A stretch of 42,759 nucleotides of DNA, from assembly GCA_964491475.1 (NCBI GenBank), contig CAZBFO010000003.1:208534-251292 (forward strand), given 5' to 3'. Shown in pieces: positions 24,952 to 36,662 of this stretch (position 1 is its first letter; each line of letters starts with the position of its first letter). Below the pieces are notes generated by a model, which did no database searches, was not told where the DNA came from, and was given only the letters and a program-made list of their open reading frames with translations. This stretch comes from an uncultured Gammaproteobacteria bacterium (lineage in GTDB: Bacteria > Patescibacteriota > Patescibacteriia > SG8-24). The position numbers and the translations under genes were made by a program.

Positions 24952-24962
24952 ATAAGCAGACT

Positions 24963-26429
24963 ATGATTGTCATGAAGTTCGGCGGCAGTTCGGTGGGAAC
25001 GCCGGAGGCGTTAGGACAAGTGGTCGGACTGGCGGAACGCTTTCGCGAAACCAACCCCGTGCTGGTGGTGTCGGCGCTGCAGGGCGTCACTGACGCGTTG
25101 CTCGGCTTGGCTGCCGCGGCCATCGACGGCCGAGCCGTCACGGTAAGCACCGGCATCGACGCGCTGCGCGAGCGGCATCAGGCCATGATCGACTCCTGTG
25201 CGGGCGCGAACGCTCCGGAGTGCAAGGCGCATGTCGATGCGCTGATCGGCGAGCTGGCCAAGGTGCTTGCCGCCATCAACGGCACGCACGCGCGCGTAGA
25301 ACGGGCATACGACGAGATCGTCTCATTCGGCGAGAGGCTGTCCGCGCCGATCGTCGCGGCGGCGCTGGCGGCCAAAGGCATTCCGTCGCGGGCAGTCGAC
25401 GCCCGCGAGCTGATCGTCACCGACGACCGCTTCGGTTCGGCCAACGTCTGGTTCGCACGGACCGACGAGCGCATCTCCGCCGTGCTCACGCCGATGGTCG
25501 AGGAGGGGACGGTGCCGGTGGTCACGGGTTTCATCGGCGCTACGGACGAAGGCGCCACCACCACGCTGGGTCGCGGCGGCTCCGACTACAGCGTGGCCAT
25601 CGTGGCCGGCGCGCTGGCCGCGGACGAGATATGGATATGGAAGGAAGTCGACGGCGTGCTGACGGCCGATCCGCGCGTGGTGCAGGAGGCGGCGCTGCTC
25701 TCGGCCATCAGCTACGACGAAGCCGCCGAGCTGTCGCACTTTGGCGCCAAGGTGCTCCACCCCAAGACCATGATTCCTGCCGTTGACAAGAAGATTCCGG
25801 TGCGAATGCGCAACACCTTCCGTCCCGATGCGCCCGGCACGGTCATCGGCGAACGCAGCGCGCCGACGCAGTCCGGCGTGAAGGCGGTGACGGCGGTCAA
25901 GAAGCTGTCGATGGTCACGGTAGAAGGCAAAGGCATGTCCGGCATGGCCGGGTTCGCGGCGCACGTCTTCGGCGTGGCCGGACGGCACGGCATAAACATC
26001 GTGATGTTCTGCCAGTCGTCGTCCGAGCAGAACATCTGCCTGATCAGCGATGCCAAGGACGGACGGCGGTTCAAGGAAGCGCTGGAACGCGAACTGGCCG
26101 ACGAAGTGTCGCAGCGCCTGGTCGACACCATCTCCGTAGTAGAGGACGTGGCGGCCGTGGCGGTGGTAGGCGAGGGGATGCGCGGCGTTCCCGGCGTGGC
26201 CGCGCGGCTGTTCCGCGCCGTCGCTTCGGTCGGCGTGAACGTGCTGGCCATCGCGCAAGGCTCGTCGGAGCGCAGCGTGTCGTTCATCATCGCGGAATCG
26301 AGCGCCGACGACATCGTCCGCGCGGTGCACGCCTCTTTCGCCTTGCACCTTCCCGTCACTGAAAAAACGGCCGCGGTCTCCGCGTCTGGCGGCAAGAAGG
26401 CCGCGTGGCCGGTCGACGAGGCCGCATAA
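24963..26429 (+). CDS. Aspartate kinase with two ACT domains (ThrA N-terminal half)
   Basis: MKFGGSSVG, VVSALQGVT, SFGERLS, TTLGRGGSDYS, EVDGVLTADPR and HFGAKVLHP motifs; ACT with QSSSEQNI and QGSSERSV. Confidence 0.92.
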   Translation: MIVMKFGGSSVGTPEALGQVVGLAERFRETNPVLVVSALQGVTDALLGLAAAAIDGRAVTVSTGIDALRERHQAMIDSCAGANAPECKAHVDALIGELAKVLAAINGTHARVERAYDEIVSFGERLSAPIVAAALAAKGIPSRAVDARELIVTDDRFGSANVWFARTDERISAVLTPMVEEGTVPVVTGFIGATDEGATTTLGRGGSDYSVAIVAGALAADEIWIWKEVDGVLTADPRVVQEAALLSAISYDEAAELSHFGAKVLHPKTMIPAVDKKIPVRMRNTFRPDAPGTVIGERSAPTQSGVKAVTAVKKLSMVTVEGKGMSGMAGFAAHVFGVAGRHGINIVMFCQSSSEQNICLISDAKDGRRFKEALERELADEVSQRLVDTISVVEDVAAVAVVGEGMRGVPGVAARLFRAVASVGVNVLAIAQGSSERSVSFIIAESSADDIVRAVHASFALHLPVTEKTAAVSASGGKKAAWPVDEAA

Positions 26430-26442
26430 TTACCCGAATCAC

Positions 26443-27609
26443 ATGACATTCACCAAGAAGGAATTCGTTTCGCCAGGCGTCGCCTTGGCCGAACCGACGG
26501 CTGCCAAGGAGCTGACCGTCGTGCCCATCGCGCTGGTAGGAAAGGGGAACGTCGGCCGCGCTTTCCTGCGCCAGTTGGTCGCCGCGCATCCGACGTTTCT
26601 GCGGCGCGGAGTGGACTTGCGCGTCACGGCGGTCGTCGGCCGGACGGGCATGGTGTCCGCGTCGGAAGGCGTCGATCTCGCGGCACTTTCGGAAATCGCC
26701 GAGGGCGGCGTGACGGGCGCCCGGGCGAGCGCCGGCTCACTCGGCTGGGAACGCGTCACCTCGGCCATCGCCGAGGCGTCGTCGCGCGGCCAGGTGGTCG
26801 TGGACGCCACGGCGGAAGACAACGCCGACGCGCACGCGGCCTGGCTGGAGCGCGGCTGGAGCGTGGTCACGGCGAACAAACACCCGCTGACGTCGTCGTT
26901 GGCGCAGTATGACGCCATGACCGAAGCTCGTCGCAACGGTCGCGCACAGTATCGTTACGAGGCAACGGCGGGGGCGGGATTGCCGGTCATTGCCGCCCTG
27001 CTCGACATGCTGGCGACCGGCGACGAGATTCTCGAAATCAGCGGCGCGGTCTCGGGGACTCTCGGCTACCTGTGCTCGGCCTGCGAGGAAGGCCTGCCGT
27101 TCGCGCAGGCCGTGGCCGAAGCAAAGCGCCTCGGCTTCACCGAGCCTGACCCGAGACAGGACTTGTCCGGTGCTGACGTGGCGCGCAAGGCGCTGATCCT
27201 CGCGCGGCTCATGGGCGTGCGTCAGGAGCTTGCCGACATCAGGACCGAAAGCCTGGTTCCGGAAGCGCTGGCGGACGTCGACGCCGCCGCCTTCATGAGC
27301 GGGCTGGCCGCACACGGCGAAGAGATTGATCGCCGCTTCCGTGATGCTGTCGGTCGCGGCAAAGCGCTGCGATATGCCCTGACGGTTCGCCCCGACGGCA
27401 TCAGCGTCGGGCTCGAGGAGTTCCCGGTCGGTGTCGGGCTGGGCAGCCTCAAGGGTCCGGAAAACATGTTCGTCATCCGCACGCGCCGCTACGACGCCAA
27501 TCCGCTCATCATCCGCGGGCCCGGCGCGGGCGCGGAAGTCACGGCTGCCGGAGTATTCAGCGACGTGCTCCGCACCATTCCGGGGGAGACGCCGCGCGAT
27601 CGCATCTAA
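26443..27609 (+). CDS. hom: Homoserine dehydrogenase (ThrA/MetL-type C-terminal half)
   Basis: GKGNVG Rossmann, VTANK, YEATAGAGLP, SGTLGYL, TEPDPRQDLSGADVARK and GPGAGAEVTAAGV motifs. Confidence 0.92.
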   Translation: MTFTKKEFVSPGVALAEPTAAKELTVVPIALVGKGNVGRAFLRQLVAAHPTFLRRGVDLRVTAVVGRTGMVSASEGVDLAALSEIAEGGVTGARASAGSLGWERVTSAIAEASSRGQVVVDATAEDNADAHAAWLERGWSVVTANKHPLTSSLAQYDAMTEARRNGRAQYRYEATAGAGLPVIAALLDMLATGDEILEISGAVSGTLGYLCSACEEGLPFAQAVAEAKRLGFTEPDPRQDLSGADVARKALILARLMGVRQELADIRTESLVPEALADVDAAAFMSGLAAHGEEIDRRFRDAVGRGKALRYALTVRPDGISVGLEEFPVGVGLGSLKGPENMFVIRTRRYDANPLIIRGPGAGAEVTAAGVFSDVLRTIPGETPRDRI

Positions 27610-27621
27610 CGCCGTCATTTT

Positions 27622-28677
27622 ATGGAAAAACGCATCTGCAAAATCGGCGTCCTCGGCGCCACCGGCACCGTCGGCCAGCGCATGATCACGCTGCTCGACA
27701 ATCATCCTTGGTTCACCGTCACCGCCCTGGCCGCTTCCGAAAACTCCGCGGGGAAAACGTACGCGGAAGCCTGCGCCTGGCAGCTCGATACGCCCATGCC
27801 CGCGTGGGCGGCAAAGATGACCGTCGCCAAGTGCGAGCCCGGTCTCGACTGCGATTTGGTGCTGTCCGGTTTGGACAACGCCGTCGCCGGTGACATCGAG
27901 TCGGCCTTCGCCACCGCGGGCTATGCCGTCGTGTCCAACGCCAAGAACCACCGTATGGAGGCCGACGTGCCGCTGGTGATTCCCGAAGTGAATCCGGACC
28001 ATCTCGCGGTGATCGACAAGCAGCGCAAGAACCGCGGCTGGAGCAAGGGGTTCATCGTCACCAATCCCAACTGCTCCACCGTCGGTTTGGTCTGTGCGCT
28101 CAAGCCGCTGGTGGCCGCGTTCGGCGTCAGCAAGGTCGCCGTCACCACCATGCAGGCCATCTCCGGCGCGGGCTATCCCGGCGTGCCGTCGCTCGACATC
28201 CTCGACAACGTCATTCCCTACATCGGCGGCGAGGAAGAAAAGATGCAGACGGAAACGCAGAAGCTGCTCGGCAGCTTCGACGGCAGTGCCTTCGCGCCGT
28301 CGCCGACGGTGGTGTCCGCGCAGTGCAACCGCGTGCACGTCCGTGACGGGCATCTCGAATGCGTGTCGGTCGAGCTGTCGCAGGCCGCGACTGCCGAACA
28401 GATCGTTTCTGCCTGGCGATCGTTCGTTCCCGAGGTCGCCTCGCTCAATCTTCCCAGCCTGCCGGTGCCGTTCATCAACTACCACGAAGCCGCCAACCGC
28501 CCGCAGCCGCGCCGCGACCGCGAGGCCGGACGCGGCATGACCATCAGCGTCGGCCGCCTGCGCGAGTGCCCCATTCTCGGCTGGAAGTTCGTGGTGCTCT
28601 CGCACAACACCGTCCGCGGCGCCGCCGGCGCGGCAGTCGCCGACGCCGAGCTGCTGGTCGCCAAAGGCATGCTCTGA
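27622..28677 (+). CDS. asd: Aspartate-semialdehyde dehydrogenase (archaeal/eukaryotic-like type)
   Basis: GVLGATGTVGQR, VPLVIPEVN, NPNCST, QAISGAGY, EEEK, CNRVHVRDGH and HNTVRGAAG motifs. Confidence 0.94.
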   Translation: MEKRICKIGVLGATGTVGQRMITLLDNHPWFTVTALAASENSAGKTYAEACAWQLDTPMPAWAAKMTVAKCEPGLDCDLVLSGLDNAVAGDIESAFATAGYAVVSNAKNHRMEADVPLVIPEVNPDHLAVIDKQRKNRGWSKGFIVTNPNCSTVGLVCALKPLVAAFGVSKVAVTTMQAISGAGYPGVPSLDILDNVIPYIGGEEEKMQTETQKLLGSFDGSAFAPSPTVVSAQCNRVHVRDGHLECVSVELSQAATAEQIVSAWRSFVPEVASLNLPSLPVPFINYHEAANRPQPRRDREAGRGMTISVGRLRECPILGWKFVVLSHNTVRGAAGAAVADAELLVAKGML

Positions 28678-28680
28678 CCT

Positions 28681-28998
28681 ATGGCCACGCAAAAACTGTT
28701 CATCTACGGCACGCTCAAGGACCGCGACGTCGGCAAGGCGCTGTTCGGCGGCCAACCGCACGGCACGCCCGACACTCTCGACGGCTTCGTCAAAACCACG
28801 ACCGACATCCACGGCGTCCAGTACCCCAACATCGCGTCGCAAGTCGGCAGCGCCGTAGAAGGCGAAGTCATCGAAGTGACCGAAGAAACCCTCAAGCACG
28901 TCGACGCCTACGAAACCGACGCCTACGACCGCCGCATGATGACGCTCAAAAGCGGCACGCAAGCCTGGGCCTACATCGCAGAGAGTGATTCACGGTAA
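28681..28998 (+). CDS. Gamma-glutamylcyclotransferase (AIG2-like) family protein
   Basis: LFIYGTLK, YPNI, VEGEV, VDAYE..Y and AWAY motifs. Confidence 0.85.
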   Translation: MATQKLFIYGTLKDRDVGKALFGGQPHGTPDTLDGFVKTTTDIHGVQYPNIASQVGSAVEGEVIEVTEETLKHVDAYETDAYDRRMMTLKSGTQAWAYIAESDSR

Positions 28999-29051
28999 CC
29001 CGAGGCACAAAACGCCTCGGTAAAATCCCGGCTTTCCCCAAGCAGGTACGC

Positions 29052-29146
29052 GGGGGTGGCAGGGGTGGGGGACCCCGACAGCGCGCAGGGCCGCCGCAGC
29101 GGACCGAGCACTGTCGGGGGTGACCCCTGACAGGCCCAGCGCACCC
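29052..29146. other. GC-rich nested palindromic intergenic element
   Basis: CAGGGGT(29060-66)/ACCCCTG(29123-29) encloses CCCCGACAG(29073-81)/CTGTCGGGG(29111-19). Confidence 0.55.
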
Positions 29147-29245
29147 TCTTAGCAAACCGGACAGCGCCGGAACCTTTTTGACACCGCATCCCAATAATGC
29201 GACGCTCTGCCCAGTCGTTCTTTTCGCTTACCCGAGGAGTCACCA

Positions 29246-30544
29246 ATGAGCACTACGCGGCTCTACTGCATCGTCTGCCGCACGTCCTATCCTCTGGACG
29301 GCCAGCGGATGCGTTGCGATTGCGGCGGCCTGATGGACGTCGTTCACGACTTCTGGCACTTCAACCGCTTCGGACCCGAACCGCTGAAGCGCCTGTTCGA
29401 ACATCGTCGGCAATCGCCGTCGTGCTCGGCGGACCGCAGCGGCGTCTGGCGCTTTCGCGAGCTGATCGTCCCGGACCTGGCCCTGCACGAGCTGGTCACG
29501 CGCGGCGAGGGTAACACGCGGCTGTACGACGCGTCCGTCTGCCGCCGAGCCAATGCCTGGATGGACACGACTGACGTCTCCTTCAAGCACGAGGGCGAGA
29601 ACCCCACCGGTTCGTTCAAGGACCGCGGCATGACCGTGGCGGTGAGCTGGGCCAAGAAGCACGGCGCCAAGACCGTCGTCTGCGCTTCGACCGGCAACAC
29701 CTCGGCTTCCGTCGCCTCGTACGCGGCGTTGGCCGGACTCAAGGCCGTCATCCTCATCTCCGAACAGGGGACTGCCGCCGGCAAGATCGCGCAGTCGCTG
29801 GCTTACGGCGCCAAGGCCCTGATGATCCGCGGCGACTTCGACCAGGCGCTCAAGCTGGTGCTCGAAGCTCGGGAGAAGCTCGGGCTGGCGGTGATGAACT
29901 CGGTCAATCCCGTCCGTCTCGAAGGACAGAAGACCATCATCTGGGAAACGCTGGAGCAGCTCGGCTGGCAGGCGCCCGACTGGTTCGTGGTTCCCGGCGG
30001 CAACCTCGGCAACGCCGCCGCCTTCGGCAAGGCGCTGCGCGAGGCGGTCGACCTGGGTCTCATCAAGACCATGCCGCGCTTGGCGGTCGTGCAGGCCGAA
30101 GGTGCCAATCCGCTGGTACAGGCCTCGCTCTGCCAGTGGAAGATGACCGCGGTGAAGGCCGCGACCATCGCCACGGCCATCAAGATCGGCGACCCGGTCA
30201 ATTTTCCCAAGGCCGTCCGATCCCTCAAACAGACCGACGGCGTCGTCACCGACGTCACCGATCAGGAGATCATGGATGCCAAGGCCGTGCTCGACGGCGA
30301 CGGCGTCGGGGCGGAGCCGGCCTCCTGCGCCACGGTCGCCGGCATTCGCAAGCTGCGGGTGCACGGCGTCATCGGCAGGGAGCAGAAAACCGTGGCGGTG
30401 CTTACGGGCCACGTGCTCAAGGATCCCGACGCCACCATCGGCTACCATCGTCGCACGCTGACCGGCATTGCGCCCTCACGCCCGAACTCCCCGACGGTCA
30501 TCGACCCGACGCTCCAAGACCTGGAAAAGGCGCTCGCGCCGTGA
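29246..30544 (+). CDS. thrC: Threonine synthase (fold type II, N-terminal CxxC...CxC)
   Basis: KHEGENPTGSFKDRG (PLP Lys), CASTGNTSAS, NSVNP.RLEGQKT, VPGGNLGN and TGHVLKD motifs; SD GAGGAG. Confidence 0.92.
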   Translation: MSTTRLYCIVCRTSYPLDGQRMRCDCGGLMDVVHDFWHFNRFGPEPLKRLFEHRRQSPSCSADRSGVWRFRELIVPDLALHELVTRGEGNTRLYDASVCRRANAWMDTTDVSFKHEGENPTGSFKDRGMTVAVSWAKKHGAKTVVCASTGNTSASVASYAALAGLKAVILISEQGTAAGKIAQSLAYGAKALMIRGDFDQALKLVLEAREKLGLAVMNSVNPVRLEGQKTIIWETLEQLGWQAPDWFVVPGGNLGNAAAFGKALREAVDLGLIKTMPRLAVVQAEGANPLVQASLCQWKMTAVKAATIATAIKIGDPVNFPKAVRSLKQTDGVVTDVTDQEIMDAKAVLDGDGVGAEPASCATVAGIRKLRVHGVIGREQKTVAVLTGHVLKDPDATIGYHRRTLTGIAPSRPNSPTVIDPTLQDLEKALAP

Positions 30545-30551
30545 ACTCGTC

Positions 30552-30577
30552 CCTCCTCGCGCAGGAGGGATTTTTGC
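30552..30577 (+). terminator. Intrinsic terminator after thrC
   Basis: TCCCTCCT-CGCGC-AGGAGGGA plus TTTTT. Confidence 0.75.
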
Positions 30578-30603
30578 ATGAAAAAACTCCGCGTGCGGCG
30601 GAG

Positions 30604-31068
30604 TCAATCGTCGAAGTCGTCGGGGTCCGGATCGTCTGCCTGCGCGTGGAGCAGCAGGGCCATCTCGGTGTGCAGGCGCTTGGCCTGCGCCGGCGTCATG
30701 TGCCGCATGACGAGCCCCTCGAGGCGCTGCACTTCGCGTTCCTCTTCGTCGTCGGTGAGCGCTTCGGGCCGCTTTTCCATCAGGATATGCAGGCATTCGT
30801 GCACGAACGTGGAGAGGACGTCGAAGCGGTAGTCCACGAAGATGACGTGCCTGGTGGTATCGATGCAGCCGACCGCATTCCAAAGGAAGCCGTCGCTGCT
30901 CAATTCCTGTCCCACGTGCGCGGACGCCCAGACGTTATGGCGCATCTTGGCGTATTGCAGTCTCCACTGCCGGGAGCGGCACAGGGCATAGATACGCCGT
31001 AACAGCCGGTACTGCAACCGGCGTTCACGCCGGTCGCTTCGGCGTTTCCTCGGTTGCTTGGGCTCCAT
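30604..31068 (-). CDS. Hypothetical protein with HExxH zincin motif
   Basis: Arg-rich N-terminus; LSTFVHECLHILME and downstream EEEREV; acidic tail. Confidence 0.62.
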   Translation of the reverse strand: MEPKQPRKRRSDRRERRLQYRLLRRIYALCRSRQWRLQYAKMRHNVWASAHVGQELSSDGFLWNAVGCIDTTRHVIFVDYRFDVLSTFVHECLHILMEKRPEALTDDEEEREVQRLEGLVMRHMTPAQAKRLHTEMALLLHAQADDPDPDDFDD

Positions 31069-31200
31069 GGGGGCCTTTCGTTTCGGCAAAAGAACCTTTG
31101 CTAAGCTGTAGCAGAGGCATTGCGTTGCCGCAAACGGGCGGTCTGGACCGTAACTCGGCTGCGACTGTATACTTGTGGACAAGACTTCATCAACGCCCAC

Positions 31201-31521
31201 ATGCACGATGATCACGTTGATGCCGCCACGGCGAAGCTGTACCTCAAGGACGTCGATCCCTTGTGGCGCGCTTTTTGGTTTCACATGCACCTGATGGCCA
31301 AGAACCTCAAGGAGTTCGGCGAGGGACTGGGGACCATCAGCGACGAGGTCTTCGCCTACCACTGCGGCGGCGAGAAGAACGACATCGCCCGCTGGGTGCG
31401 CGAGGTCATCGGCGACGTCGAATTGGCGCGCGAGCTCGACAAGGTCAAAAGCCAGGGAGAGGCCGCCAGGCTGGTGCGCGAGCGGGTCGCCATGCTCGAG
31501 AGGCGGGCGCAACAGGGCTGA
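31201..31521 (+). CDS. DUF5752-like small protein
   Basis: AFWF..AKNLKEF, ISDEVFAYH, KNDIARWVREVIGDVELA pattern. Confidence 0.65.
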   Translation: MHDDHVDAATAKLYLKDVDPLWRAFWFHMHLMAKNLKEFGEGLGTISDEVFAYHCGGEKNDIARWVREVIGDVELARELDKVKSQGEAARLVRERVAMLERRAQQG

Positions 31522-31581
31522 CTCCGTTCCGTCGCGAAATAACTTTTGCTACAGTAACAGCGCTTGCACTTAACCTCGATT

Positions 31582-31758
31582 ATGGAGAAGAACGACCACG
31601 CCACGACGATCACCTGCAACGTCTGCGAGCACGAGCACGCCGAGGACGGCACCTGCCAGTGCGGCTGCGAAGTCGAACAGCAGCTCGGACAATTCTGCTG
31701 GAGCTGCGGCCATGCCGAGCACATCGAGCGCGCCTGCAAGTGCGGCTGCGAAGGATAA
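31582..31758 (+). CDS. Small Cys/His-rich metal-binding protein (metallothionein-like)
   Basis: 58 aa with two CxxC-x-H..H-x4-CxCxC modules; extended -10 TGCTACAGT at 31547-31555. Confidence 0.68.
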   Translation: MEKNDHATTITCNVCEHEHAEDGTCQCGCEVEQQLGQFCWSCGHAEHIERACKCGCEG

Positions 31759-31769
31759 CCACACCGCTT

Positions 31770-32345
31770 ATGGGAAAAGAAGTCGTCTTGGACATCGAAA
31801 CCTCCAACAGTTTCGCCGACGTCGGCAAATACGACCCGTCGCTCCTCAAGGTCTCGCTGGTCGGCCTCTACGATTACGCCACCGATCAATACGCCCATTA
31901 CATGGAAGCGGACCTGCCCAAGCTGTGGCGGGTGCTCGAGGGCGCCGACCGCATCATCGGCTACAACCTGTTCGGCTTTGACTATCAGGTGCTGAACACG
32001 TATTATCGCGGCGACCTCTCCAAGTTCCCCACGCTAGACATCATGCTGGCGGTCTCCGAGAAGATCGGCTTCCGCATCAAGCTCGACGACGTCGCCCACG
32101 GCTCGTTGGGCACGGGCAAGTCGGGCAACGGCCTGCAGGCCATCGAGTTTTTCCGTCGGGGCGAAATCGACAAGCTGCGCGACTACTGCCTGCAGGACGT
32201 TAAGGTCACCAAGGAAGTCTACGAGTTCGGGCTCGCCAACCGCCAGGTGAAGTACAAGGACCGCGCCGGCCGCCTGGTCGAGGTCCCCGTGGACTTCAAC
32301 ATGAAGGGGGAGAAGAAGCCCGTGCCGCTGACGCTGCCGCTATAA
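31770..32345 (+). CDS. RNase H-like (DEDD, YprB-like) 3'-5' exonuclease domain protein
   Basis: VLDIET, IGYNLFGFD, LDDVA and YCLQDVKVT motifs. Confidence 0.85.
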   Translation: MGKEVVLDIETSNSFADVGKYDPSLLKVSLVGLYDYATDQYAHYMEADLPKLWRVLEGADRIIGYNLFGFDYQVLNTYYRGDLSKFPTLDIMLAVSEKIGFRIKLDDVAHGSLGTGKSGNGLQAIEFFRRGEIDKLRDYCLQDVKVTKEVYEFGLANRQVKYKDRAGRLVEVPVDFNMKGEKKPVPLTLPL

Positions 32346-32351
32346 GAGCAA

Positions 32352-32969
32352 ATGCCCATGTCTGCCCGCCGGAGTATCATTTTGATCGGCGGAGCGCCGA
32401 CGGTCGGCAAGTCGATTGTCGCGCGTCTGTTGTCGGATCATCTCGGAATGCCGTGGATTTCCACGGATCACATCCGCGACGTGATGCGGCTGGTCTCGAG
32501 CACGAAGACCGAGCCGAACGTTTTTAATTCCGAAGGTTATTCCGCCGAACGCTTCCTGACCGAGTTCAGCGCCGAGCAGATCGCCGAGATGGAGCGCGTC
32601 CAGGGAGAGGAGACCTGGAAGGGCGTGAAGCAGTTCATCGACAACAACCACCACTGGAGGGACGGTTTCATCGTCGAGGGGGTGGGCATGCTCCCGCACT
32701 TGGTCGCCAGGGATTTCGGCGGCGACCCGGGCATCAGGACGGCGTTCCTGGTGGACGACGCGCCGGAGCGCATCCGGGACATCGTCTTTAATCGCGGGCT
32801 TTGGGACGATGCCGATCGCTACCCCGATCACCTCAAGGAAAAGGAAGTCCAGTGGGTCCTGCTGTTCAGCAAAATGATCCGAAGCGAGGCCCAAAAATAC
32901 GGGTTTCCGCTGGTGGAAGTGCGTAAGAGCAAGTCTGATTTGAATGCGGTGCTGGCGGTGCTGGAATAG
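32352..32969 (+). CDS. P-loop kinase (2-phosphoglycerate kinase-like/AAA_33)
   Basis: ILIGGAPTVGKS, ISTDHIRD and FIVEG motifs. The start could be 32358. Confidence 0.72.
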   Translation: MPMSARRSIILIGGAPTVGKSIVARLLSDHLGMPWISTDHIRDVMRLVSSTKTEPNVFNSEGYSAERFLTEFSAEQIAEMERVQGEETWKGVKQFIDNNHHWRDGFIVEGVGMLPHLVARDFGGDPGIRTAFLVDDAPERIRDIVFNRGLWDDADRYPDHLKEKEVQWVLLFSKMIRSEAQKYGFPLVEVRKSKSDLNAVLAVLE

Positions 32970-33014
32970 CACCGCTTTTTGCACACAAAAGTTATCCCCA
33001 GCCAAACATAACTG

Positions 33015-33063
33015 CCACAACATCTTGTGGTATGCTGCGTGTAACAGCCACTATATCTAGTTT
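33015..33063 (+). promoter_or_regulatory. Tandem NrdR boxes upstream of nrdJ
   Basis: CCACAACATCTTGTGG (33015-30) and CCACTATATCTAGTTT (33048-63) match the acaCwAtATaTwGtgt consensus; starts are 33 bp apart. Confidence 0.75.
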
Positions 33064-33157
33064 TCTCTTGATTCCTTTCGTCGATTGAAGGAAGGCCGCT
33101 GCGGGTATATAAAATGAGTCGGAACGCCGTCGCTTTTGTCACCTTCTTTAACGTGCT

Positions 33158-36466
<3,309 letters not shown>

Positions 36467-36531
36467 CTGCCATCGCGGCGAGTCCCTGGCCTGACTATGA
36501 TTCACTTAACGCAAAGGGGGTGATCGTATCT

Positions 36532-36565
36532 GCGAAACCCGGTCCTTGATGGGGCCGGGTTTTGC
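36532..36565 (+). terminator. Intrinsic terminator after nrdJ
   Basis: AAACCCGGTCC / GGGGCCGGGTTT stem. Confidence 0.65.
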
Positions 36566-36662
36566 GTTCGGACGCACGCGAATTATCCACCATTGCAAAT
36601 CGGGAAGTCACGGTGTATCCTGCATCGTCGTCGGAACTTCGACATCCTGCAGGGAGAAGCAC

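Noticed and set aside
24474-24962. N-terminal extension of aspartate kinase in the ORF track (similarly 16728 for ribA, 31263 for the exonuclease, 30604-31512 upper part)
   Set aside because: Family homology begins at downstream ATGs, and the extensions overlap other genes, promoters or the attenuator.
29178-29198. sigma70 promoter for thrC (TTGACA ... AATAAT)
   Set aside because: The spacer is only 9 nt and there is no -10-like hexamer at 16-18 nt.
29040-29200. T-box riboswitch upstream of thrC
   Set aside because: No good match to the T-box GGTGGNACCGCG core or Stem I motifs, and no convincing terminator follows.
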